NCBI GenBank assembly: GCA_963755915.1
Contig: CAVWLP010000002.1
Span: 2,560,001-2,624,000, forward strand
Direction of reading: 5' to 3'
Origin: an uncultured Phycisphaerales bacterium
Lineage (GTDB): Bacteria; Planctomycetota; Phycisphaerae; Tepidisphaerales; Tepidisphaeraceae
Length of the DNA: 64,000 nt
The notes beneath the pieces are model-generated. The model made no database searches, had not been told where the DNA came from, and worked only from the letters and a program-made list of their open reading frames with translations. Numbering within the stretch: the stretch's first letter is position 1; every line of letters begins with the position of its first letter. Shown here one piece after another: positions 1-9,447 of this stretch. The position numbers and the translations under genes were made by a program.

Positions 1-63
1 GGCGCAGGCGGCAAGGGGGAGGGTCAGGATGCAGAGGAGGATATGGGTAGCCGCGGGACGCAT
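1..63 (-). CDS. 5' end of a probable lipoprotein running off the left edge
   Basis: ATG at 63 on the minus strand reads MRPAATHILLCILTLPLAACA, a hydrophobic signal with LAAC lipobox; divergent from the ABC operon. Confidence 0.5.
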   Translation of the reverse strand, partial: MRPAATHILLCILTLPLAACA

Positions 64-141
64 TTGTTAGTGAATACTATCTTACAAATGCGGAAGCGTC
101 AAGGGGGGAATTGGGCGAGGGCTGGAGGCTCTGGGCGTAGC

Positions 142-162
142 AGATGCAATTGAGTTGCATCT
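142..162. promoter_or_regulatory. Palindromic operator, candidate Zur/Fur-family box
   Basis: AGATGCAA-TTGAG-TTGCATCT, perfect 8-bp arms with 5-bp spacer, about 50 bp upstream of the metal ABC operon; a Fur-family gene lies in the same cluster. Confidence 0.65.
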
Positions 163-212
163 TTAAAAGATCGAGGCTATGCTTCGATGGTCAACTTTCA
201 AAGGACAAGGCC

Positions 213-1124
213 ATGCGATTGCGAATTGGTTTGGGGTTGGCAGGAGTTGCCGGTTTGGTCGTGTTCGCTGTGTTGTGGATGACTTCGGCAGGTGCGATAG
301 GGGATGCAACCGGCGGGAAGATCAAAGTTGTGGCGGCGGAGAATTTTTATGGGGACATTGCCGGCCAGATCGGAGGTGACCACGTGCAGGTGGTCAGCAT
401 CATGAACGATCCCAATGTGGATCCGCACGAATATGAGGCGGATCCGAAGGATGCCATTGCCGTGGCGGGGGCGGATGTGGTGATTCAGAACGGGTCGGAC
501 TACGACAACTGGATGCCTCGGCTGCTGGCCGCTTCGCCAAGCTCATCGCGGGTGGTGCTGACGGGGGCGGATATCAGTCAGGATTTGCTGAAGGAGAATC
601 CGCATGTGTGGTATAGTTTGAAGAACGTGCGGACAATTGCGGAGCAGATTGCCAAGACGTACGAAGGATTGGACGCGGCGGATAAGGGGGATTTTGAGAA
701 GAATTTGAAAGCGTTTGAGGACTCACTGGAGCCGATCGAGAAGGAGATGGATTCGATTCGGGATGAATTTGGGGGCACTCCGGTTGGATTGACGGAGACG
801 ATTTACCTGTACCAGGCGGAGCCGATGAAACTGAACGTACTGACGCCGTGGGAATTTCAACATGCAATTGCGGAGGGGAATGATCCGCCGGCCCAGAGCA
901 TTGCCACGGCCAACACGCAGGTGACGGGAAACCAGGTTAAGGTGCTGATTTATAATGTGCAGACGATTACGCCGATTACGACGCATTTGCAGGACGAAGC
1001 GAAGGCTTCCGGGATTCCAATTGTGGGGGTGAGTGAAACTATGCCGCTGGACAAGCATTATCAATCGTGGATGCTTGGTCAGCTTCAGGCTTTGCACGAG
1101 GCACTGAAGCAAAGCGGCAAATGA
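213..1124 (+). CDS. znuA: Zn/Mn ABC transporter substrate-binding protein (ZnuA/TroA family)
   Basis: Motifs VVAAENFYGDIA, DPHEYE, NPHVWY; likely ATG at 213 after AAGGA; ATGA overlap with next gene. Confidence 0.9.
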   Translation: MRLRIGLGLAGVAGLVVFAVLWMTSAGAIGDATGGKIKVVAAENFYGDIAGQIGGDHVQVVSIMNDPNVDPHEYEADPKDAIAVAGADVVIQNGSDYDNWMPRLLAASPSSSRVVLTGADISQDLLKENPHVWYSLKNVRTIAEQIAKTYEGLDAADKGDFEKNLKAFEDSLEPIEKEMDSIRDEFGGTPVGLTETIYLYQAEPMKLNVLTPWEFQHAIAEGNDPPAQSIATANTQVTGNQVKVLIYNVQTITPITTHLQDEAKASGIPIVGVSETMPLDKHYQSWMLGQLQALHEALKQSGK

Positions 1125-1960
1125 AATCCGCAGTGGTAAACGAGATTCCTGAAACACGAGTGGTTGAGAGCCGGGCTGCGGTCGAAGGGTCGCGGCAAGA
1201 ACCGCTGATTGCGCTGGATCAGGTGACAATCACGCTGGGGGGCAGGCGGATTTTGGATGGGTTGTCGGGGACGATATGGGCAGGCGAATTTGTATCGGTG
1301 CTGGGGCCGAATGGGGCAGGAAAGAGCACTTTGCTGAAGCTGCTTCTGGGGCTGCTGAAGGCGGATTCGGGGACGATTCGAGTATTGGGTAGGGCGCCGC
1401 GGCGGGGCAATTCGGCGATTGGTTATGTGCCGCAGCATCGGGTGCTGGAAGTGGATCACGCACTGCGGGCGCGGGACGTGGTGGGGTTTGGGCTGGATGG
1501 GAATCGGTGGGGAATTTCCTGGCCGAGCCGCAAGCGAAGCGAAAGGATTGAGAAGGCGCTGGCGGAGGTGAACGCGCTGCATTTGAAAAATGAACCCATT
1601 GGGCATTTGTCGGGCGGGGAGCAGCAGCGGCTGCTCATTGCGCAGGCGCTGATCAGCGATCCGAAGATGCTGCTTTTTGACGAACCGTTTTCAAATCTGG
1701 ATTTGGCGCATGAGAGGGAGATCGTGAGTCAGATTTCGCGGCTGGCGCGGGAGCGGAATATCACGGTGCTGCTGGTATCGCACGATGTCAATCCGCTGCT
1801 GAAGGTGACGGATCGGGTGCTGTTTTTGTCGAACGGACAAGCGGCGCTGGGGCCGCCCGCGGAGGTGATCAGTTCGCAGACGTTGAGCCGGCTCTATCAC
1901 GCACAGGTGGAGGTGGCGCATGTTTCCGGGCGGATTTTCGTGCTGGGTGTGGAGACTTGA
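1121..1960 (+). CDS. znuC: Metal ABC transporter ATP-binding protein
   Basis: Walker A GPNGAGKS, IGYVPQ, signature LSGGEQQR, Walker B LLFDEP, H-loop VSHD. Confidence 0.92.
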   Translation: MKSAVVNEIPETRVVESRAAVEGSRQEPLIALDQVTITLGGRRILDGLSGTIWAGEFVSVLGPNGAGKSTLLKLLLGLLKADSGTIRVLGRAPRRGNSAIGYVPQHRVLEVDHALRARDVVGFGLDGNRWGISWPSRKRSERIEKALAEVNALHLKNEPIGHLSGGEQQRLLIAQALISDPKMLLFDEPFSNLDLAHEREIVSQISRLARERNITVLLVSHDVNPLLKVTDRVLFLSNGQAALGPPAEVISSQTLSRLYHAQVEVAHVSGRIFVLGVET

Positions 1961-1961
1961 A

Positions 1962-2804
1962 ATGGATCTGCGCTCGATGCTGGAATTTCCGGCGTTTCAG
2001 AACGCCTTTATGGCGGGGACGCTGGTGGGGATTGTGGCGGGATGCGTCGGGTATTTTTTGCTGCTGCGGGGTCTGACGTTTGCGGGACATGCGCTTTCGC
2101 ACGTTGGGTTTGCCGGGGCGGCCGGAGCGCTGGTGGTGGGGGTTGAGCCGATCTTCGGCCTGCTCGTGTTTACGCTGCTGGGGGGGATCGCGATCGGGGC
2201 GATGGGGAAACGGCTCGACGAGCGCGACGTCACGATCGGTGTGATCATGACGCTGCTGCTGGCGTTTGGGTCGCTCTTCATCGCAATGTACCACGGGTAT
2301 GCGGAGCAGGCGTATAGCGTTTTGTTCGGGACGGTGATGGGCATCAGCCGGACGGACGTGGGGGTGACGGCGGTTTTGTGCCTGATTGTGCTGGCGGGGC
2401 TGCTGGGGGTTTTTCGGATGCTGCTGTTCAGTTCCTACGACCCGCAGTTGGCGGAGGCGCAGGGGGTGCCGGTGAAGCTGCTGGCAATGGTGTTCATGGT
2501 GTTTGTGGCGGTGACCGTTTCGCTGTCGGTGCAGGTGGTGGGGGTACTACTGATTTTTACGCTTCTGGTGGGCCCTGCGGCGGCGGCGATGCTGCTTTCG
2601 GCCAGTCCGGCGCGGGCGATCTTCATCTCGGTGGCGCTGGCGGTGGCCTATACGTGGTCGGGGATCTACTGGGCGATTCGGGATAATTATCCCGTGACGT
2701 TTTGCATTACGGCAATTGCGTTTGCTGTGTATCTGATCGTGAAAATTGTGGGGGCGCCGATTGCCAGACGCATTTCGGCCATGGGGCGGGGGAGCGCGGC
2801 GTAA
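1962..2804 (+). CDS. znuB: Metal ABC transporter permease (ZnuB/ABC-3 family), copy 1
   Basis: Highly hydrophobic; FAGHALSHVGFAGAAG and DPQLAEAQGVP motifs. Confidence 0.9.
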   Translation: MDLRSMLEFPAFQNAFMAGTLVGIVAGCVGYFLLLRGLTFAGHALSHVGFAGAAGALVVGVEPIFGLLVFTLLGGIAIGAMGKRLDERDVTIGVIMTLLLAFGSLFIAMYHGYAEQAYSVLFGTVMGISRTDVGVTAVLCLIVLAGLLGVFRMLLFSSYDPQLAEAQGVPVKLLAMVFMVFVAVTVSLSVQVVGVLLIFTLLVGPAAAAMLLSASPARAIFISVALAVAYTWSGIYWAIRDNYPVTFCITAIAFAVYLIVKIVGAPIARRISAMGRGSAA

Positions 2805-3718
2805 TGGATCTGTTCCACCAGGAATTCATCCGCAATGCGTTTGTGGCGGGCACGATGGTGGCCGTGCTGACCGCGATCATTGGATATTTCGTCGTAATGC
2901 GCGCGGAAGCGTTCGCGGCGCATGCGCTGTCGCATATCGGATTTGCAGGGGCGACAGGCGCGGCGCTGCTTGGGATCAATTCGCTTTTGGGAATGCTGGG
3001 ATTCACGGCGGGTGCGGCGCTGGTGATCGGGGCGATGGAAAAGCGGCTGCGGGGGCGGCACGTGGAGATCGGCATGGTGCTGGCATTTTCGCTGGGGCTG
3101 GGGGTGCTGTTTCTGCACCTGTACACGCGTGGGGCGACCGAGGCGGTGGCGATTTTATTCGGCTCGATTTTAAGCGTGGATTCGCAGGAAATTCGCCTGA
3201 TTCTGGTGCTGGGAAGTTTGGCGCTGGTGGCGCTGGCGGCGATGTTTCGGCCGCTGACGTTTTCGTCGGTCGATCCGGAAACCGCCGAGGCGCGGGGGGT
3301 GCCGGTCAGATTTGTTTCCGTGGCATTCATGCTGCTGCTGGCCGTAACGGTCGCGGAAGTGGTGCAGGTGGTGGGGATTCTGCTGATGTTTGCCCTGCTG
3401 ATCGCCCCGCCGGCGATCGCGCAGCATCTCTTTCGGCGGCCGGCACTGGTGATTGCCGCGGCGGCAATAATGGGGGTTGCGTTTACGTGGTTCGGTCTAT
3501 TGCTGGCGATCTGGACGCCGTATCCGGTGAGTTTTTATATCGCGGGGAGCGCGACGGCGACCTATCTCGTGGTGATTGGGCTGAGTCATCTGATACGGCC
3601 ACATCGGTATCGTCCGCCGGAGCATCCGGATCGGGAGTTTGTGGATCATCCACATCATCAGCATGCACATCCGCATGAGCATGGGCATACCCATTCGCAT
3701 GGCCATGAGCATGATTGA
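2804..3718 (+). CDS. znuB: Metal ABC transporter permease, copy 2, with His-rich C-terminal tail
   Basis: FAAHALSHIGFAGATG, DPETAEARGVP; TAATG coupling to copy 1; tail DHPHHQHAHPHEHGHTHSHGHEHD. Confidence 0.9.
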   Translation: MDLFHQEFIRNAFVAGTMVAVLTAIIGYFVVMRAEAFAAHALSHIGFAGATGAALLGINSLLGMLGFTAGAALVIGAMEKRLRGRHVEIGMVLAFSLGLGVLFLHLYTRGATEAVAILFGSILSVDSQEIRLILVLGSLALVALAAMFRPLTFSSVDPETAEARGVPVRFVSVAFMLLLAVTVAEVVQVVGILLMFALLIAPPAIAQHLFRRPALVIAAAAIMGVAFTWFGLLLAIWTPYPVSFYIAGSATATYLVVIGLSHLIRPHRYRPPEHPDREFVDHPHHQHAHPHEHGHTHSHGHEHD

Positions 3719-3730
3719 CGTGCGCCGAGT

Positions 3731-4462
3731 CTAAAAGTGCAGGGGTGAAAGATAGGGGTCATCCGGCGTGGGAATCGGCTCGATCTTATCGGCCATGATG
3801 ACAGGCACGGCGTTGCCATCCTTCAGCTCGGTTTTAAGCGTTCCGGTGACGCGGATCCAGTCATCCGGCTTGAACGCGGAGGTTTTAGGGGACTGGACGA
3901 CGACCTCGACGGGCATTGCGTCGGCGGCGCAGCAGACGATGACGAAACGAAAGATGACGATCTGGCCCGGCGGCAGCGAATCGTCAACGGAGACGCGGCC
4001 TTCGGTGATGATGCGTGAGCCGGTGAGGCGGTGCATGTGCCACGCGACGTAGCCGAGGTTCATGGGGGCATTGGTGTCGATCACCGAGGTGTCGGTGGAT
4101 TCGGGCATGGAATTGAAGCTGGAGGAGGCGCCGAGGCCCAGGGAGCGTTTTTGGAGGGCGAAGCTGTTTAGACCTGAGGCGGCATCCCCGAAGACGAGGG
4201 AACCCATGTAGAGCAGCGGGAGCAGGAGCATTCCGCCGCGCACCCAGGCGGCCAGCGAGATTGGCCGCGCGGCGCCGTGGACGGGGCGGAAGAACATCGC
4301 GATCAAAAATAGCGCGAGGATGAGAATGTTGCAGAGGACCAGCGGCCAAAGCGTGGAGCGGATGAAGAGGGAATAGCGGCCGAAACCAAGGAGCAGAGCC
4401 AGACCCAGGGTCCAGGCGGTAAGCACCAGCCCGCGGAATTTGCCGGCGGAAAGGAATTTCAT
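3731..4462 (-). CDS. TIGR03943/YcgQ (DUF1980) family membrane protein
   Basis: N-terminal TM helices, RFVIVCCAADA motif, DDWIRVTG, C-terminal PDDPYL. Confidence 0.85.
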   Translation of the reverse strand: MKFLSAGKFRGLVLTAWTLGLALLLGFGRYSLFIRSTLWPLVLCNILILALFLIAMFFRPVHGAARPISLAAWVRGGMLLLPLLYMGSLVFGDAASGLNSFALQKRSLGLGASSSFNSMPESTDTSVIDTNAPMNLGYVAWHMHRLTGSRIITEGRVSVDDSLPPGQIVIFRFVIVCCAADAMPVEVVVQSPKTSAFKPDDWIRVTGTLKTELKDGNAVPVIMADKIEPIPTPDDPYLSPLHF

Positions 4463-5797
4463 TAGAGGCCTCCCACGGCAGATAGATAGTGCCAGAGAAT
4501 CATGCTGCAGAAGACCATGGTGTAGACGAGGACCATCAGGACCAGGAAGGCGCGCTTGGAGATGAAGCTGAGGTACATCGCGGACAGTTTAGTGTCGAGC
4601 ATGGGGCCAAGGAGCATAAAGCCCATCTGCGCCGACAGCGGCAGAGCCCCTCGGAAAGACGCGGCGACGAAGGCATTGGCGCCGGAGCAGAGATTCAAGG
4701 CAACGGCCAGACCCATCATGACGAGGATGGCGACCGCGGGTGCGTGCGCGACCGCGACGAAAGCCCCGCGGGGAATAATGGTCTGGCAGATGGCGGCGAC
4801 GAAGGCGCCTATCACCAGGAATTGGCCAACCTGCAGAAAATCGTCGCCGGCATGATTGATGGATTCGGCCAGACGGAGCTTGAAGAGCGGCTTGGATTTC
4901 GTCTCCTCATGGTGGTGATCGTGCGCGTGATCGTGGTCATGTCCGTGATCATGGTCATGCGCGTGGTCGTGATGTTCATGATCGTGTTCGTGCCCGTGGT
5001 CGTGATCCTGACAGCATGTTGAGCCTTCGGCGTGAGAATGCTCGTGGTGATGGTCGTGATCATGGTCGTGATCGTGGTCGTGATCATGGTCATGATCGCA
5101 CCCGCAGGCGTGGGATTGGACGCCATCCATGGCCGGGTCCAGCAGTGCCGAGTGGCCCGGGAAAATGCGGTCGACGATGAAGGCGACGACGACGGCGATG
5201 AAATAGGCAAAGCCCATGCGTGCGATGAGGATGTGCCAGGAGAGTCCGGGCATCATGGGGCTGTGATAGGCCAGAAGTGTCGATGAGCCCGTGAGAACGT
5301 TGACGGTGGGGCCGGCCAGGAGATAGGCGACGGCTGTGGAAAAGGGGACGCCTTTGCGGACGAGCCGGCGCGTGAAGGGGATGACGGCGCACTCGCACAC
5401 GGGAACCAGCAGCCCAAGGCTGGCCGCGGCGAGGATACCCAGAAGTTTTCGCTGCGGAAGAAGCCTGGCGACGGCTTCCTTGGGAACAAATACCTCGATG
5501 ACGCCCGAGACGAGTGAACCGAGAATGACAAAGGGGAGTGCTTCAAGAACGATGCTGACGAACGAGACGCCCATCGCGATGCCCGCCGGGGCGCTGCGCG
5601 GCGACGAGCAAGGCGACTGCCAGGAGGAGGAAAACGACGCCGGCGATGGTCCACGCGGAGGTTTTGGTCTGCGTCCGGGCGGGTTTGCGCGGCACGTAAC
5701 GGTATTGAAGTTTCGGACCGGCGGCGGGCTCCAATATTTGCAGAGAAACAGAGCCCGGCTGATTGGCGGTTGTAAGTGATGAATTAGTGTCCAGCAT
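4462..5797 (-). CDS. DUF318/YcgR-like permease with long His/Asp-rich loop (probable frameshift near 5580)
   Basis: FVSIVLEALPF, PVCECAVIP, LNLCSGANAFVAASF, GPMLDTK; upstream ORF 5543-5830 supplies a TM-bearing N-terminus in another frame. Confidence 0.8.
4905..5097 (-). repeat. Coding tandem repeat giving (HD)n/His-rich tract
   Basis: Repeated GTGATC/ATGGTC/GTGGTC hexamers encoding HDHDHDHDHDHDHDHHHEHSH...CCQDHDHGHEHDHEHHDH. Confidence 0.85.
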
Positions 5798-5820
5798 AAT
5801 TTTTATCGTTGAGTGCGATT

Positions 5821-6249
5821 TTAGCGGCAATCGGGACAGGCCCCATGGACGAGTACCTCGGAATAATCGACACGATAGCCCGCGCGCACCCCGGCCCGCT
5901 TGGGAGCGGGGGGGGCAGGCTGCTCAGATAAACATTCGACCGTGCCGCATTTGTCGCAAACAAAATGTGCGTGGGAATGGCGGGCGTGGGCGTCAGCCTG
6001 GCCGAAACCGTAGCGCCAGACCTGATCGTCGCCGCGCACGCGGTGGAGGAGCTTTTTGCCGGTCAGGGTGTTTAGGGTCCGGTAAAGGGTGACACGGTCG
6101 ATTCCATCTTGCAAAAGTTCCAAAATTTGCGGTGCGCCGAGGGGTTGATGGCTTTGCTGGAGAATTTCCAGGACGGCAACGCGGACGGTTGTCCGTCGCA
6201 GGCCGGCCTCGTGCAGGAGCCGATCGGGGGATTTTTCGGGCCTGGCCAC
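5821..6249 (-). CDS. Fur-family metalloregulator (probably Zur)
   Basis: GLRRTTVRVAVLEIL, DRVTLYRTLNTL, HSHAHFVCDKCG, C-terminal GACPDC; start uncertain (GTG 6249 or ATG 6273). Confidence 0.88.
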   Translation of the reverse strand: MARPEKSPDRLLHEAGLRRTTVRVAVLEILQQSHQPLGAPQILELLQDGIDRVTLYRTLNTLTGKKLLHRVRGDDQVWRYGFGQADAHARHSHAHFVCDKCGTVECLSEQPAPPAPKRAGVRAGYRVDYSEVLVHGACPDCR

Positions 6250-6413
6250 GACAATATTATATACGGTGTGCATCCAAAGGGCAGGAGGTAATGGAGAAGC
6301 ACGAATTTGAGTCCTAAATGCGGGTGCGGGAGCGCACCAACGGTATTTTAGGATAATTGTTCCTTCCGTGAGTGGGGCGGGTCTGGTACTTTCTATAGGT
6401 AGGGTGGTTCTCC

Positions 6414-7082
6414 ATGCCGGACGATGAAATGACACGGCAAACAACGATTCTCCTGGTTGATGACCATCCGATTTTGCGATCGGGGATCCGGGCGCTGCTG
6501 GGTGCGGAACACTCGCTGCGGGTCGTGGGGGAAGCCTCCAATGGAAGGGTTGCGGTAGTGCTCGCCAGGGAGCTGCGGCCGGACGTGATCGTGATGGACG
6601 TTTGCATGCCCGATTTAAATGGGGTGGACGCGACCCGCCGGGTGCTGGACGCGTTGCCGGAGACGAAAGTCGTCGCCCTGTCGGCGAGGTGCGATGAGCG
6701 GACGGCAAAGGAAATGCTCAGTGCGGGGGCGATGGGTTTTATCGGCAAGGATGCGGTGTATGAGGACCTGGTCGCGGCCATCGTGGCGGTGATGAGCGGG
6801 CGGGTCTATACCCGGCTGCCAAAAGTCTCCCGGCGCGGGGGCAATGGGCATGAAGTTGGATCGTTGCCGTCGGCGTATGAGCGCCTGTCGATGCGGGAGC
6901 GGGAGACGCTGCAACTGATCGCCGAGGGAAAGGCGACCAAGGAGGTCGCGAATATATTGAGCGTGAGCCTGAAGACGGCGGAGACGCATCGGCGGAATAT
7001 CATGCAGAAACTGCAGTTGGACACGGTGGCGGCGCTGACGAAGTTTGCGATTCGCGAAGGGCTGACGACAGCCGATGCATAG
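6414..7082 (+). CDS. NarL/LuxR-family response regulator
   Basis: ILLVDDHPILRSG, VMDVCMPDLNG receiver; LSMRERETLQLIAEG...TAETHRRNIMQKL HTH. Confidence 0.93.
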   Translation: MPDDEMTRQTTILLVDDHPILRSGIRALLGAEHSLRVVGEASNGRVAVVLARELRPDVIVMDVCMPDLNGVDATRRVLDALPETKVVALSARCDERTAKEMLSAGAMGFIGKDAVYEDLVAAIVAVMSGRVYTRLPKVSRRGGNGHEVGSLPSAYERLSMRERETLQLIAEGKATKEVANILSVSLKTAETHRRNIMQKLQLDTVAALTKFAIREGLTTADA

Positions 7083-7096
7083 GAAGGCGGCGGGGA

Positions 7097-8700
7097 TTAT
7101 TTGCTGCGGCGGCGGGCGAGAAGATCGTTGATTCTCTCCAGAAGGTAATCGAAATCGACGGGCTTGCCGATGTGCTCCCAGAAGCCGGCGTCGATGGCCA
7201 TGCGCTTGTCGGTTTCGCGGGCGAAGGCAGTAAGGGCGATCGCGGGAATGGGGCTGAGTTTCCTTTCCTTTTCCAAAAGTCGAACCGAGCGGATGAAGGC
7301 GTAGCCGTCTTCGTCGGGCATGGCGATGTCGCCGACGAGAATATCGGGACGCGAATGCCGCAGCAGCTTGCGCGGCGTCGGCGGAATCTGCTTCGAGGAC
7401 CTTCATGCCGGCACGGCTAAACAGGGCGTTCAGGGCGCTGCGGGTTTCGCGGTCATCGTCGACGAAGAGGATGGTGGCGCCGGCGAGGTTAGCGAGCCTG
7501 GAAGGTTGCGACGATTTGGTTTTGGAGGTGGAAGCCCGCTGGCGCGGACGGCGGTCCGTTACCAGGGGCAGGGGCAGGCGCACAATGAAGGTGGCGCCTT
7601 GGCCCAAGCCGGGGCTTTCGGGAGCGATGGTACCGCCGTGAAGTTCGACAAGTTGTCTGGCGATGGCCAAACCGAGACCGATTCCAGAGATGGATCGGGT
7701 GTTGGAAACATCCGCCTGGCGGAAGGGCTGGAAGACGTAGGGGAGGAAATCGGGGCTGATTCCGGCCCCTGAGTCGGCGACGCGGATTTCGACTTCGTTG
7801 TTTCGGCGCTTCAGAGCGACGTCGACCTTCCCGCCGGGTGGGGTGAACTTGACGGCGTTGGTCAGAAGATTCCAGACGATTTGGCGAAGGCGATCGGGGT
7901 CGGCGTGGACGACGCCGGCGCGGTCGTCGAGCCTGGGGCGCACGGCGATATCGCGCGGAGGCGGCGGGCTTGATGGCGTCGAGCGCGTCGCGGATCACCG
8001 GCAGCAGATCGATGTCCCGCGGCTTGAGGCGCAGATTTCCCGTGGTGATGCGCGACATATCCAGCAGGTCTTCGATGAGCTCTTTCTGTGCCTCGGCACT
8101 GAGTTTGATGGCGCTGATTCCCTCGCGCGCCTGTTCGGGGGTGACGGTCTTTCCCTCAAGGATCTTGGTCCAGAGAAGAATGGCGCCCAGGGGCGTTCGC
8201 AGCTCGTGGGAGAGGGTGGCCAGAAACGCGTCTTTGACGCGGTTGGCGTCTTCGGCGGCGGCCTTGGAGGCGCGCAGTTCCGCCTCCACTTTTTTGCGGT
8301 CGCTGATGTCAATGCAATATTGGACGACGGTGCCGTCGCCCAGGCTTGCGCCGGCGACGTGCATCCAGGATCGCGAGCCGTCCCTGCGGAAATATTCTTT
8401 ATCAATAGGCCCGATGCGGCCGGTTTTCGCGAGCTTGCGCATCTGCTGCTCGCTCTGGAGAATATATTCCGGCGGGGTCGTCATCCGCCAATGGATCTGC
8501 CGGGCGGCGATCTGCCCGCGGGTGTATCCGGTCATGGCCAGGAAGGCGTCGTTGGCTTCGATGAGATAGCCACCGCTGTCGAAGATGAGCACACCGACGC
8601 CGCTGATGTTCATCATCTTCTTGAGCCGTTCCTCGCTGTGCGCCATGGATCGGCCGGCCGGCTTTTCGTCCTTCAGCGGTTTGGAGGATTGCTTAGACAT
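7097..8700 (-). CDS. Hybrid sensor histidine kinase PAS-HisKA-HATPase-REC (about 2 frameshifts)
   Basis: PAS (EANDAFLAMTGY), H-box FLATLSHELRTPL, N-box QIVWNLLTNAVKFTP, G-box GIGLGLAIA and receiver DIAMPDEDG...KP spread over ORFs 7489-8841, 6615-7943, 7097-7321. Confidence 0.85.
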
Positions 8701-8910
8701 TTTGGGAATACCGTGAAACGGGAATCGTCCAGGGCGTCTGGCCGAGCGTGTCCGGCGATTGTAGTGAGGGGACGGGTGCAGGGGAAACGAACGGGGATGG
8801 GGGGAGAGTTTTTCCAGCCTTCCCCATCTAAATCCCGCCATTGATCGCTCCGAATTCCATCGGTAGCATTTTCAACAACTTCATACGTTCAGGCAGGAAG
8901 GGACAGAAAA

Positions 8911-9374
8911 ATGCTCACCCGCCATCTAATCGCCATCATAGGCCTCGTCGCGATCCTTTTGCCTTCGCGGACATTTGCGCGGGACCTTCGCCCCACCCCG
9001 CTGGACGATCAGAACCAACCGGCCGGCCAGAACACCGCCGCTAAGGACGACATCGTGCTCAGCTCCAATGACGACAGCTACGACAATGACGCCCACCAGG
9101 AGAAGTTCAGCTACAAATACAAGAACATCGGGAGCAAAACCATCAATGTAGGAATCACAGTGAAAGCCCAGCATCACGGCTTTTACCAAAGCAAGCCCCC
9201 TCCCGCGCCGTTCCGCACCGAGATATTCCGCTTCATCCTCGCCCCGGGCGAAGAACACGAAGTTTCCGCGCCTGGACCATCGACAAACCCGCCGGCGAGG
9301 GGGACCCGGAAATGCAATACGGCGACGACGACAACCCGGAATTAATCCAGGCGGTGTACGCGGATCAAAACTGA
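8911..9374 (+). CDS. Secreted hypothetical protein (probable frameshift near 9270)
   Basis: Signal peptide MLTRHLIAIIGLVAILLPSRTFA; annotated frame stops at 9345, the alternative frame gives an acidic C-terminus ending TGA 9374. Confidence 0.55.
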
Positions 9375-9447
9375 GGGACGAGATGGGGATTTCAGGCTTC
9401 GGGCAGAAAAATGTCACAATCCCCCGGCGTCGGCTACTTCAATTCAA

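Noticed and set aside
4905-5097. Hexamer tandem repeats as CRISPR or a non-coding VNTR
   Set aside because: Fully explained by the in-frame His-Asp tract of the permease
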